DNA from: Squalus acanthias
Taxonomy: Eukaryota
Direction: 5' to 3'
Assembly: GCA_030390025.1 (NCBI GenBank)
Contig: CM059447.1
Location: 27,590,001 to 27,654,000 of the forward strand
DNA length: 64,000 nt
Program-made: the position numbers and the translations under genes
The notes under the pieces: model-generated
Told to the model about the DNA's origin: nothing
What the model saw: the letters and a program-made list of their open reading frames with translations, nothing else
The model's database searches: none
Part shown: piece after piece, positions 38,601 to 51,478 of the stretch
Position numbering within the stretch: position 1 is the stretch's first letter
How the letters are laid out: each line of letters starts with the position of its first letter

Positions 38601-39734
38601 GAATGTGTTCCACTTTAATGGGTCTCTTTTGGATGTACATGAGGAGCCCTATGGAAATGCAGGTTATATTCTTAGAAACTGAGGTGTTAATATTGCCATC
38701 TTTTGATTATTTTAACAGCAACAAATAGAAAAGCAAATTATGTCAGATTTTCCACTGGGAAAGTTTGTTCTACAGACCTTACTGACAGAAACCGCAATCA
38801 GAATTCACCTGCAATAATGCTCATTTTGTGCCTCTCAAGTGGCTCAACAGCCACTTAACGGGTGAAGTAATGGCCAAGGACCTCAACCCACATCCAGTGG
38901 AAAAACTGTAGGAAATTAAGCAGACCAGCTTTGTACATCTTGATTCATGAACATGGATTTTGAAAGACAAATTTATTGATCCATGGCATGAGATCCGAAA
39001 GATGTGTGTCTAATCCACCTCTGCATTTTGAAATCAGAGACAAAAGCAAACTACAATTCAGGTTTTAAAAGTTATATACATTGCCTGCTTGTGTAGAATG
39101 TGTTGAAAATTATATTTAAATTAATCCTTTTTTGTGCAATAATTTATTTAAACCTTGAGATTTTGATTTTTCTATGAGGAGCATGAAATATACAGTTGAG
39201 CAGTGCATTGGGGCCTCCGCAGCTGCACATCAGGCCTCAGAGATTGGAATTGCTAGTCAGCCAATAGGTCCTGATTAGACTTCAACGTCCTTTGGGGGGG
39301 GGTGTGGGTAGGGGTGTAGCAACTTAATAAAAGTTACTCGCCCTCAGGTCTTCAGCCCTTTAGTGTTTTGGAAAGCACACTTGCAAAGATTTCTTCCACT
39401 CCAAGGGTAATTGCAGATCAGCTGTTTGTGCAGCTGGATTGAAGTGTCCCACCAGGTCTGACACTATTGGAGCCTGTAATAATTCACTGCTGACTGGTGC
39501 CAATATCCTCATTTCCACATTTAAACCTAGTCAGTCAAAAATGCTTTGGTTTTAAAGGCTGGCGCTCTGGGTTTAGAGGAACTACAGTTCCACCAGCTAT
39601 CAAGTGGCCATATTCACAAGCCCTTTGCAAGCTTTACTAGCGATCCAACTGTGTTGTGGAAGTGGCAGTTTTGTACGAAAGGTGAAACAGCCTAATTTCC
39701 AATGGCTATAAATTTATTTACTTTTCTCCTATTT

Positions 39735-40078
39735 TACTGCTAATTTTCTTCCCTGCCCTTTTCCTTTCAAGGCACTGACTCTTTACTTAGTATGGTTCCA
39801 TGGACATTCTCTGATACCTCACTCAAGTGATCATTCTTCATGTGCGAGCCTAGATTGTAAGTGTCGGCAGGTTAATCAACTGTGTTGTCGCCCATTGTCC
39901 ACAATGCCTACTTCCAGCAGGAGTTACTTGTTAATGATTAGAAGCAGGATTCTTGGTGGATTTGCCTCTTAATACGGAGGCCAATTGTAGCAGCCTTATT
40001 TCCAGCCAAGCTAGATCAGTTAACTCAATGCATAGCTGGGATCAAACCTGGATTTTTTTTAGTCTGCTCACTGAGGCA
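39735..40078 (-). mobile_element. Degenerate tRNA-derived SINE (family B), near full length
   Basis: caagtgatcattcttcatgtgcgagcctaga...cttccagcagg...gaggccaattgtagc...gatcagttaactca...gggatcaaacctgg. Confidence 0.65.
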
Positions 40079-40600
40079 ACTCTGAACCTAAGAATTATGA
40101 ATGAGTAAAGAATTGTCATCAAAATGTAGAGTTGATTCATTATTGCTCCTCTCCATCTATCTGCGGTTCTGGATGATTTTGTCCCTGCAGCAACCTTGCT
40201 TACTTGCATCTTCCTTTGTGAATAAAAAGCAGCAGGCTCTCTGGCTCTTACCTTGAGTGCTACTTCAGGTGTCAGTGTGCGTGTATTTGTAGGTGTTGGC
40301 ATGACTCTTGGAGTTGATTTAACCAGATTATTTGATGATGTTCATGTTCTATCTGTTGTTCCGTTACAGCTGCTTGAAACATTCGTATTCGCTACACCCT
40401 GATCACAATCCGATTGTAGAAATAATATTTGCAATTTATCTTTCCCTCATGCTGTGATTCTCATGCCTGCAGCTACTATGCTTACTTATTCAACTGGGAC
40501 TGTCAGGGTGATAGACTTCTGCTCTAGAGTCCGATCAGGTGCTAACAGGAAACTGTTCCATCCAAGACTTCTCCTATGCCATGTTTCTCAGCTTGTCTCT

Positions 40601-40940
40601 CACTGTCAGAGGTTCCGTCTTTCGGATGAGACGTTAAATCGAGGTCCAGTCTGCTCTCTCAGGTGGAGGTAAAAGATCCCATGGCACTATTTCGAAGAAG
40701 AGCAGGGGAGTTATCCCCAGTGTCCTGGCCAATATTTATCCCTCAATCAACATCACAAAAACAGATTATCTTTTCAAAATCACATTGCTGTTTGTGGGAG
40801 CTTGCTGTACGCAAATTGGCTGCCGCGTTTCCCACATTACAACAGTGACTACACTTCATAAAGTATTTCATTGGCTGTAAAGCGCTTTGGGACGTCCGGT
40901 GGTCGTGAAAGGCGCTATATAAATGCAAGTCTTTCTTTCT
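40601..40940 (+). mobile_element. SacSINE1-like Deu-domain SINE, 5'-truncated, well preserved
   Basis: Reverse complement of 21430-21755. The tail is aaaggcgctatataaatgcaagtctttctttct. Confidence 0.92.
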
Positions 40941-41804
40941 GAAAAAGCACACAGGTAACTCTACAGTAATTCCAGTGGATGCGTGCCAGAACTGAGATTT
41001 TGCACCTGGGTTTCTATATCATCCTAATAGTGATCACTCATCACTTAAAGCATTCTGCTCTATTGTTTCTGGAAAGGCACATTAAAGAGAAACTGTATCA
41101 GTCACATTAAGTCAACTTCAATCTGTGCCATGTTATTTAGATGGTTCACATCCAGCATGATACCACTAGTCTTATTTACTGTTTCAGGAACCAGGTGGGC
41201 TCCTCAAATATTACTTGCAATGTGAGGTGCTTCTAACTGAAAAAGCCTCAGGGAAAATTATTTACTGGTAGACGATTTTATGTTGAATGAACGATGCCCA
41301 ATTTTTTTTTCATCAATGCAGTAACTCTCAAAGCCTCGAATGGTGAATAAACTTAGTGCTTTCCAAGCACCTTTGTTACAGTTCATGTATTCTCTGTATG
41401 TCATTGGTGACAATATATGCAGACATATATCTGGGGAATGGTGGATAGAGAAAAAATTAGCCAATACATAGTCAAAGAAAGAAGTATTGAATCCTGTAAT
41501 ATTTTATTCCGGGTATTACTTAATCATATTTATTCTTCCAATCTCCAAGAACCTTGAGGAGGGCACAAACTTTCAAAACTCATTGTAAAAAGTTGATCAG
41601 GCAAAATATTAGTACTAAACTAGTTTGTGCTTTTCCTACCCATGGAAATTATTTTCCTGTAATGAAGGGAGAGTTGCCTATTTTAACCTTAGGTGTCTCT
41701 TCTCTGCTGGTCTGAACTGAATGTTTAATGCACGTGCACTCTCTCACCCACACGTTATCAAGAATCAAAAGCCTTGAAGGGCAGCAATGTCTCCTTTTGT
41801 CATT

Positions 41805-41900
41805 TAGAATCATAAAACCATAGAATGGTTACAGCACAGAAGGAGACCATTCGACCCGTCGAGCCCGTGCCGACTCTCTGCAAGAGCACTTCAGCTAGTC
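41805..41900 (-). mobile_element. CR1 3' tail fragment
   Basis: catagaatggttacagcacagaaggagaccattcgaccc is the reverse complement of the CR1 3' UTR end (compare 6945-6990). Confidence 0.8.
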
Positions 41901-43769
41901 AGTTTAGTGACTCCAGTCAAAACAAAATGAGACTGTAGCTTCCATGTATGTGCTTTCTTTTTCATGGCCTTTCTATCTAGCGGTCAGCAAATATCCACAG
42001 GAAAGGTAAAGCCTGAAACAGCATTCCAGTGGAAGTTATTGACTACAGTATGGTATTGGGCCGCAGAACAATACCACCTGAGCTACTGTGTTGCTCATAT
42101 TGTCCCAGGGAGAGTTTGGTTGTGTGCTGCTCTTCTGGACTAACCTTTCTTCTTATCTCTCAAAAATTCACAGCTTACAGTTTCCGCCCCCCACCCCACC
42201 CCCCCCCCCCCCCCGCCCCCGCTCACCCCCAGTGCTCTAAATCGCACTGTCCACTTCTCACACCATGCAAGATCGCTTAGTGGCCCCAAACCAAAACTTC
42301 CACCAATATGCTTTCTGTGTTTGCCAATGAAGATTCAAATAGATGAAGAACTTTTAATCAGACACTTCTGAGTCTGACAATACAGAAAGTGATGAAGAAA
42401 GTGATACTAACTGATTGGACTAGTAGAGAGTGGAAAATCACTTCACAATGTCAAGCTCAGATTGCAATGAGAAATGTTCTTACATGGCAATCGGGTGGAA
42501 CAAGTCAAGTCCACCAGTGACTGTTTGGGATTTTTCATCCCATGTAAAATCTTGGAAAAATATGTAAGAACAATAATAAAGGAACTAAGGATTATTTTGA
42601 CTCTAATCATTGCTGGGAAGGTTAAATTAATGGATCCCATGTTCCCATTTGGGAGCCAAACTTGAAAAGAAGCATGGACGGGAGCTAGAGCTACAACATT
42701 GTAATATTAATTCTCTAACCTGGGCTCCCGACAAGCACAAACCCCACTGGGAGCACAGGATCTCTGAATTTACTCTAGGGTCTATGGGACCCATGCTGAC
42801 TTTAGATTCATTATTCGAGCCCCACCATTCATGAGATATTATAGGGTCACTACACAATCCCACAAAGTAATCGGTATTTCAAAATTCAGACCGTCAAAGG
42901 ATTATATCTGTCCAAGTACCTCTATCGCTTGGTTTTTTTCATTCGCTGGATTGTGACATAAGCGCAACTGTACATAATCCAACCCAAAGTTGAACTTTAA
43001 TTTCAGGATTTTAAACAGTTTACTTGTTCACAAATTTATGGCAGACTGTTTTTCCCTTCAAGAGCAATTATGTACTAACATCCCATTTGATAATCCGTGA
43101 TTTAGTAGAATTGCTATTTAGATCCCGTGGTGACTCATTACAAGATTGACAGCATGAGTAAAGTAAGTCTAAGGTCATCTGTCATATTTTCAATTGCAGT
43201 AGATAAATGAATTGGAGGCAAAGCCAGACTGACTATGAAAACTCTGTGTTGAGACATTCAACTGTGACTATGATTACCTATTTGTGCCACTGACCGACTT
43301 GCTGACTAACCAAAAAATAATTAAAAACGAGTATTTTCCAACCATTTCTGATTAAATTTGAATACTGATTTTTATAGAGATAATAGAACAATTACATTAA
43401 ATCAAAATTTTCATTTTCAAATTAGTGGATAGATAACTCTTTATCCGAGCTGCTCATCTCAGCAGTCCTCTGTAGGATTACAAGACTGAGAGCAGACACC
43501 ATGTGATCACATTCAAATCAATCTATTTTCAAGCCTTTCTCTTTTTACTGATACTACCATGCTCAATTTTCATTTGGGTTTTCCTCTCTTGTTCTTTCTG
43601 AGATTCCTCCTCCAGCTCAATCTTTGCTAGGACCTATAAAACAATGGAACGTCTAACCTCCATCAGTATTTCCTTCCTCTCAAAATCTTCAGGCTTTTAA
43701 AACTCAAGCTTGATGTCACCAATCGCTACTCCTTTATACACCTCATCATTTTTACTCTTTTTAGTCTGG

Positions 43770-44655
43770 TAAGGGATTAGGTTATGAAGAGAGTTTGGAG
43801 AAACTGGAGCTCTTTAGCCTTGCAAGGAGATGACGGAAAGGGAACTTTATAGAAATATATAAGATCTTAAATTGCATAGCTAGGGTTAATCTGGAGCACT
43901 ATTTCATGTAAGAGCAGGACATTAGAACAAAGAAGCATAGGCTAAAACTGGTGAAGTTTAGCTCATTCAAAACTCTAATGCCTGTATCCTATGCGGCACC
44001 AGCTTCCACTCATACATCAAACCTGTTCTTGCTGATCTTCATTGGCTCCCGGTCACCCAAGAACTCAAATTTAAAATTCTCATCTATGTGTTTAAATCCC
44101 TCCATGACCTTGACCCTCCCTCTCTCTGTAACCTTTTGCAGCGCTACAATACCCCCTGCCCCTGAACTCTGTGTTCCTCTGGCTTTGACCTCTTGTGCAA
44201 TGCACCTCCACCTCACTTCACCCCACCATTAGCAACTATGCCTTCAGCCACTTGGGTTCCATGGTCTGAAATTCACTACCAAAACCTCTCCACCTACCTC
44301 TCTTCCTCGGAGGAATTTTTAAGACCCTCCTTAAAATACAAGCTTGTGGTCACCCCTCCCAATATCTGCTTCTTTGGCTCAGCATCCATTTTTTGATCGT
44401 GCTTCCCTGAAGCACTTTGGTACGTTTCTCTATCTTAAAGGTGCTATATATAAATGCAAGCTGTTGCTGGAAAAATTGAGGACAGATGCCAGAAAGAACT
44501 TTTTTAGACAAAGAACGATCAATACTCGGGATGGTCTTCTGGGTAAAGGAGGCAAAAACAACAGACTCTTTCAAGAATCAGTTAGTTGGGGGATTCAAGG
44601 CTTTTGTCTGGATGTAGACCCGAATGGCCTCTCCTATCTGCATCTACCCTGTGAT
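43770..44655 (+). mobile_element. Old CR1 3' fragment split by an L2 insertion (CR1 parts about 43770-43952 and 44469-44655)
   Basis: The left part encodes YEESLEKLELFSL..R..GNFIEIYKIL. The right part resumes with KLRTDARKNFFRQRTINT and the gaatggcct tail. Confidence 0.7.
43953..44468 (+). mobile_element. L2 LINE 3' fragment
   Basis: Collinear with 17415-17946 (ttgctgatcttcattggctcccgg...ttaaaggtgctatatataaatgcaagctgttgctg). Confidence 0.85.
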
Positions 44656-44951
44656 TAAAAAACAGCAATCTAAGATGGACATAAACTCTCAACTCACATC
44701 GGGATAAAGGTAGGAATCATGTCATCTGAATGGTTTACATTTTCCAATTGGCAACATTTTTATGCTGGTAGTGACCCATTTATTTTAAATGGGGTTGCTA
44801 GTGACATTGAAATAATGCCAATTGGAAAATCTAGGCTGATGCGTTTAGAGTTTTTGAGCTGGCTCTTTTTTGTATGCTCACTTTCAAAATTACCACTGGA
44901 AATCTCAATACCATGTACCACGTGGCAATACAACCTGAGACAGTGATAAGC

Positions 44952-45342
44952 AAAAGAAAGTAAGAACGTGCCTTTACTTAGAGCCTTTCACAACCTCAGG
45001 ACGTCCCAAAGCATTTTAAGTACTTTTGAAGTGTAGTCACTGTTCTAATGTAATGGAGCCAATTTGTACACCGCAAGATCCCACAAACCAGATATGTTGG
45101 TTGAGGGTTAAATATTGGCCAGGACACCAGGGGGAGAACTCCCCTGCTCTTGTCAAAAATAGTACCATGGGATCTTCACCTGAGTGGGCAGAGGGGGCCT
45201 CAATTTAACGTCTCAGCTGAAAGACGGCTCCTCCACCAGTGTAGAATTCCCTCAGTGCTGCACACAAGTGTCAGCCTGGAGTGGGACTTGAACACACAAC
45301 CTCTGAATCAAAGGCAAGAGTGCTACCACGGAGACAAGGCTT
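44952..45342 (-). mobile_element. SacSINE1-like SINE, near full length with deletions
   Basis: Same tail, core and ggagtgggacttgaac...gagtgctaccac head as the other copies. Confidence 0.85.
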
Positions 45343-45539
45343 AAGCAATTGGAGAGAGGGTGAATGAGGAAAGGGGGGAGAAAGGGGGAATAAAACAGTA
45401 AAGTTTTAAAAAATGCAAGTGAATCAGAAATAAACTCTTAAAAATACATTTTAGCACAGAAAGGAAAAAAAGTAAAGCAAGTCTCAAGTGTTACATAAAC
45501 ATACTTCATTGCATTACTAAAAGAGTGCTCCAATGTTGA

Positions 45540-45890
45540 CGGTGTCAGCCTTTGTTCAGATGAATATTAAAAGATTTTAGAGCACATTTAAAGAAAAGGG
45601 AGTTCTCTCAGCTCAGTGAATACCACAAAATTGATTAATCTATTTGCAATTTGTGGGACCTTGCTGTGCACAGAATGCCTGGTGTGTTTGCAAACATAGC
45701 AATGAAAGATGTTGGAGCCATATTTTTACTGACCTATCCTTCACAAGCAAGATGGGACACACAATATTTATTGATTGACTGTTGTGTGAAGTCTGCAGAA
45801 TGCTACAAAGTAAATGATTGGATTGGAAGCACTTTGGGACACCCTGAGAGACATTATAAGGTGTTGTATAAATGCAAATTATTTCTTTCT
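45540..45890 (+). mobile_element. Highly degenerate SacSINE1-like SINE
   Basis: ttgtgggaccttgctgtgcaca core and aagcactttgggacaccctgag...tataaatgcaaattatttctttct tail. Confidence 0.55.
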
Positions 45891-47354
45891 TCCTGTACTT
45901 CTTTCATTTACTGTGCATTTTTCTTATATTTCCTTGGGTGATTTTCCTGCAGATACTATTTTGGGACAAATTGTCTTCATAGTTGAATTATCCTGCAGCT
46001 GAATAGTAGAAAGCATCAAAGTAACTCAACAAAAATCATCAACAGTGAAAGTCTGCTCGTGATCTGGGAGAACTTTAAAGGCACAACACTATTTCGCAGT
46101 CTTCATACAACAATCAATAAATGTTGCGTGCTCCATCTCGCTTATGAAGAGCAAGTCAGCTCTACGAATGCGGCTCTTTATTGTTTGTTTACTGTTCACA
46201 GTTCTAGTGCCTGCTAAATGTACAATTTTATCTCACAGTATTCAGCTCAAAATTAAAACCCCAGGCTTTATGTAGGACAGCCAAAACCCATGCAGGCATG
46301 TTGTGTTGTGCTGGTATGTCATTTAAGTCAGTCAAAGAGTTTCCATGTGCTCCCAGTCAGGAGGGATAAAAGAACAGTCACCAACAAAATTAAACAGCTG
46401 AAGCAGTTCAAAGATAAAGACAGCCTGTCATTTTGTTGCCGGAACCTATTTTCTCAATTTATTATGTGAGCAACCTAATCCAGAGAGCGATGCTCTTTTA
46501 TCCAGTTTGTTGTTTGAAGGGATTTTCAGCTGAATAAATAATCCTAACTTTGAACATAAATCACTGTGGTAAAAGGTTGATGGATGCCTGCACTTTCTTA
46601 TGATAATTCCTGATTAGAGACTGGCTGTGAAAAATGCCACTGGCTTATCGCTAGCAACCAGCTTACTGAAAGATATCATTCAGGAGAGATGATGTGTTAA
46701 GAAACAAGAAGTTTGGATGAAAACCTGTGAGGCTCTCTCTATCACGCACAGCTATGCTGATAACGGACAAAATCAGCATCAGGTCAAATGTCCGTGATAC
46801 GGAGCTGATGTCACGACATTAGCAAGATCCCGCAAAGTGGACATAAGTTTAAACATGTGATTTATAGAGTAACTAGCCTTTTTTAGTGATGTCTGTAAAG
46901 ACGTACTATTAGAGTGCCTGTGTGGGATGCGTATGCATTCTTGTGTACATGTATGTACATATATACATACACAAATGGTGCATCTGTTATTCAAGACTAA
47001 CAAAAATTAAATAATATATGAACAGATAACATTTCAGTTAGGTGCAATGTGTTTTTAATTATATTTTACCAAACTATACACCATTGGAAAAAATAAAAAT
47101 GTAAGAATATCTATCCCTGAATTTTAGTACTTCATACTTGGGGTGAATTTACTCGAGGTGTTATAGATACTGGTCCCATAATCAATCATGTTATTGAAAG
47201 GAAAGACAAAAGAAACAGATCAATTAGATGGTCAGAAGAGGAGCCTCTGTGGACAAGGTTTAGCAAAATAATAAAAATGATATAAAAAGAGCAGCTCCAT
47301 GACTTTGCTAGACTGAGCACACACAGGACATCTTCCCCCCAACAGATATGTCAT

Positions 47355-47485
47355 GCACCTGGAATTTCCACAGGGAGTTCTTTGGTGGGAGATTGGTGGA
47401 ACCCCTGGAGAAACAGTGTAAACGGTCAAAAGGACATTTCTCCAGGGTTTCCACTGAAGTTGCAGTCCCACGGACATTCAGGGCC
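47355..47485. mobile_element. Small palindromic MITE-like element
   Basis: Internal inverted pair ggtggaacccctggagaaa / tttctccagggtttccact, with imperfect terminal arms cctggaatttccacaggga / tcccacggacattcaggg. Confidence 0.55.
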
Positions 47486-47529
47486 ATGACGTTTAATGTG
47501 TATAATAACGACAAGGTGTTTGGATCAGG

Positions 47530-47730
47530 GCCTGGGGTTTCCGCTAGGTTGAGTTGGTTTTTTCAGTGCAATTCGCCCAAAATCGGCCAAACCAGCGCAA
47601 AAGATCGCGGAATTTCAAGCGCAAATTAAGTCCAGTTCAAGTCGAGTTTCCGCGATCTTTTACGCTGGTTTGGCCGATTTTGGGCGAATTGCACTGAAAA
47701 AACCAGCTCAACCTAGCGGAAACCCCAGGC
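47530..47730. repeat. Foldback with 83-bp inverted arms (47530-47612 / 47648-47730, 2 mismatches) and a 35-bp spacer
   Basis: gcctggggtttccgctaggttgag...aaaagatcgcggaa and its reverse complement, read directly from the sequence. Confidence 0.92.
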
Positions 47731-48378
47731 ACTGGAAGCCTGCCCCGCCCAAAAAACAGATTGAATTAATCACCATGGTGAGTTTCCGCTAATTGCGCCT
47801 GTTTGTAGGCGTTCGAGGAGGCTATTAAAATTAAGCTTTTTTTTCTTAGGCGCAAGGACACTAATAGGCACCTATTGAAAGCTTTTAATTATTTAAAAAA
47901 ATAGTAAGAAACTGACTTTAAATCTGATTTTAAATGACTGAAAATGAATTAAAAATATACAGAGCCATTTACTAGTTTCATTGGTGTACAGTACACCAAT
48001 GAAACTAGTAAATGGCTCTGTATATTTTTAATTCATTTTCAGTCATTTAAAATCAGATTACTCACAGGTGGTGGACTAGGCACTCTGATTAAAAATGCTT
48101 ATTTTTTTGTGATAAATCCATTTTCAGCTGTATTAATATAACTGCACCAAATTACCACTCTTAAATATATCAAGGAATATTTTTTAATCCTAATTTCTTT
48201 TTTAAATTACATTCTAAAACGCTGCCCGATTGCGCTGGTCCATGGTAGATTTTACATTCGACGATATGCAAATGAGTTTGAGCAGGCAGTTGAGAAAAAA
48301 AAATCAAAATTAGCGCAATTTTGAGCGGAATTTGTGCCCGGATTGTCGATTGCACCCAAAACGGAATCGCTACCCCCT
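47731..48378. mobile_element. MITE-like element hosting the 139-bp palindrome
   Basis: CpG-containing arms with recurring gtttccgc motifs, an AT-rich centre, and the terminus gaatcgctaccccc. The left boundary is obscured by the foldback. Confidence 0.45.
47921..48059. repeat. Perfect palindrome with 69-bp arms and a 1-nt spacer
   Basis: 47921-47989 is the exact reverse complement of 47991-48059. The centre is ggtgtac-a-gtacacc. Confidence 0.95.
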
Positions 48379-49829
48379 GATTTATAGACAGAGCAGGTAC
48401 ACAATCTGTCCTGAAGCTCTATTGGTTTTTCTGTTTCAAGTTTAAATGCTTTGCTGCATTAATTTATTGGGGGTCAAGTTTTCAGGTGTCAACTGGTGGG
48501 GTCTTTAACAGGAATCGTTCATGCAAGGCGAACAATTCATGAGCACATGGGAGTTTCCTCTAGACATCCCCATGTTTACAAAGTTACCAATCATAGTGGA
48601 GTTGCAATAATCACAGTTTAACACCGTTACAAGCAGGAGCTAAACCTCTCAGCGCTTCAAGGAAACAACAATTGGATACCAGTCCATATGGGCTGAACAG
48701 AAACTACAGAGTCCTGCTTCAGAAATCATTGAGAAAGCTCTGCTTCACCGTTACTGAGGTTGTCCATTAATGCCAACAGGTATAGGCAATGAAGTCAGCA
48801 ATATTTGGTCCAGGCAGGTAACCCACGTTCCAATCCACACACCAGAAAACAAGCTTGGGATATTGTCAAACCATTGTGTTCATCCATCAGTCATGCAAAA
48901 TGAAGGTAGTGGGTAACATGAACCTTACGTGATATATTGAGAGGTTCTCAATGGAGTGAATTTGGTGAGCGTCATCTCTTCAATGCCATCCTGTTCACTG
49001 CACCTTAACTAATAGGAAGTGTAATGTGCAATGAATGTTGGAGAATACATTATCACCCATGATTATCAGCCTTATGGTCAGCATTATCTACCCTGCAGTC
49101 CTTACACTAAACAATGGTTACAGACCACCCTGTGATACCTAAACACGACTGCACCACAAGCCACTCACACACTGAATCAGAAATCAGCACAGACTGAGAC
49201 ACCTGAACTCCTCAATTTAGTGAATCAATTTAGTGAACAGACGATGCAGAACCTCCACTGGCTGAGGATGGTTTGGAGAGCCCCTATCGCATAGGCCCAA
49301 CATGAAGATTAGTGGGTTTGCCTTCAAGATGAGGCTACTGGAGCACCAGCATGAAAAAACAATGGCATGCCCACTATCGACACAATAATGGATAAAAGAC
49401 TGGAAGGATGGAGAGATTTAGCTGAGATGAATAACTCCACCTGCCTTAAAATGAGCAAGACAATCTCTGTACCAGGTTAAAAGTTGATGATATTCCCAAT
49501 TTGATTTAATACAACAACATCTGCACCCTCCGAGTCAACCATATTCTATAACAAACGTTCTGATAACATATAATTCCAAAAAAGGGCATGAAAAGAAGCC
49601 AAAAACATCAAAGCATGTGGTTTTTGTGCCTAAAGCTCGACTTCAATATGCAATGAATTATATCAAGACTATTGTTAATTGTTTGGTGCTGTGAGTGTTT
49701 TGCACATGTAGATGTAGATTTAACTTTACTCTGTAATGAACCATATGTGCCATATAGTTTCAATTAAGTTCAGAATAAAAGTGAAATAGCATCGTTGTAC
49801 CTTCATTAGAAGCAGGCAATTACACTGAA

Positions 49830-49965
49830 ATACAAATAGAAAAAGTTGGAAATACATAGTAGGTCGACATCTAAAGGAGAAAGGCAGATTAATGCTTTGG
49901 GTGGGACCCTTGTATTCTGATCAATAGTCTCACCTGAAATGTTAATGTGTCTCTTTCAGGCGCTG
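49830..49965. repeat. Highly degenerate copy of the 3842-4052 foldback family
   Basis: gaaaaagttggaaatacatagtaggtc..catct...ttctgatcaatagtctcacctgaaatgttaatgtgtctctttcag follows the same layout. Confidence 0.5.
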
Positions 49966-49974
49966 ATATCTTAG

Positions 49975-50205
49975 TCCATCCATATCGAAAGACCCTACAG
50001 CATCCAATTGCTTCCTAAATAATTCCAGGGTTCTCACCTCCACAAGTTTCCCCAGAATCCCATTCCATGTGTTGATCGCTCTATATGAAGAATTTCCTGA
50101 CATCAGTTTTAAATTTGCCTTTCACTGGTTTGAATTTGTGTCCCCTTGTCCTACTCTTGCAATTTAGTTGAAGTCATTTTCTGAATCTACCTTTTCAATG
50201 CCTCT
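49975..50205 (-). mobile_element. Old CR1 LINE, 3' part (continues at 54471-55050)
   Basis: The reverse complement agaggcattgaaaaggtagattc...aggacaaggggacacaaattcaaac gives RGIEKVD and RTRGHKFK. Confidence 0.7.
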
Positions 50206-50523
50206 CTGTCTCCTCACTTATTTAAATCTCAGCAGTATAAATAAGGGAGGCTAGAGTGCAGTTTGTCACGGAGTGCAGATCGGAACAGAGTGTTAAACTG
50301 CGAGTTTGGTGAGTGAGGGAGTGAGGGGAGGAGGTGTTCCTTTCTTTTTCCATCTTTGTCAGCTTCCAGGAGAGCAGGAGCTAAAAAGCTGCACAAGAGG
50401 GGACAGAGAACCAGCGGTGAGTATTTCTACAGTATTTCTACATTCCAGTCATTAAAGTAAAAAGTAAGGTCCCTAGTGTATTTAATATTCTTTAATTTAA
50501 AGGGAGTAAATTAAGGGTAGGAC

Positions 50524-51478
50524 ATGGCAGGGCAGCTCGGCAGCGTGGAGTGCTCCTCCTGTGCTATGTTGGAAGTCAGGGACACTTTAGGTGTCCAGGG
50601 CGAACACATGTGCAGGAAGTGTCTCCAGCTGCAGCTACTCGAAATCCACGTTTTGGAGCTGGAGCTGCGGCTGGAGTCACTGTGGAGCATCCGCGAAACT
50701 GAGATCTTCGTGGATAGCACGTTTAACAAGGTGGTCACACCACAGGTAAAGAGTGCACAGGCAGACAGGGAATGGGTGACCACCAGACAGAGTAAAAGAA
50801 CTAGGAAGGTAGTGCAGAAGTCCCCTGGGTCCATCTCCCTCTCCGACAGATTTTCCGTTTTGGATACTGATGGGGGAGATGGTTTCTCAGGGGAATGCAG
50901 CAAGAGCCAAGTCCGTGGCACTACGAGTGGCTCAGCTGCACAGGAGGGGAGGAAAAAGAGTGGGAGAGCAATAGTGATAGGGGATTCTATCGTAAGGGGA
51001 ACAGATAGACGTTTCTGTGGCAGCAGACGTGACTCCAGGATGGTATGTTGCCTCCCTGGTGCCAGGGTCAAGGATGTCACTGAACGGCTGTAGGGCATTC
51101 TGAAGGGGGAGGGCGAACAGTCAGAGGTCGTGGTTCACATTGGTACCAACGACATGGGTCGAAAGAGGGATGAGGTCCTGCAACAAGAATTTAGGGAGCT
51201 AGGTAGCAGATTAAAAAGCAGGACCTCAAAGGTTGTAATCTCTGGATTACTCCCGGTGCCACGTGCTAGTGAGTATAGGAATAGGAGGATAGAGCAAATG
51301 AATGCGTGGCTAAAGAGTTGGTGCAGGAGGGAGGGCTTTAGTTTCCTGGATCATTGGGTCTGCTTCTGGGGAAGGTGGGACCTGTACAAGTCGGACGGGT
51401 TGCACCTGAACCGGAACGGGACCAACATCCTTGCGGGGAGATTTGCTGGTACTGTTGCGGGGGGGGGGTTTAAACTAA
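50524..51478 (+). pseudogene. CR1 ORF1: Cys2-Cys2 zinc-finger-like motif, leucine-rich coiled coil and SGNH/GDSL esterase
   Basis: CSSC...CRKC; LQLQLLEIHVLELELRLESL; SGNH blocks VIGDSIVRG, HIGTND and DGLHLN. A premature TAG at 51091-51093 is followed by the same frame continuing. Confidence 0.92.

Noticed and set aside
48480-49400. Possible further Harbinger Myb/SANT relic
   Set aside because: The resemblance is only vague and no motif could be read with confidence.
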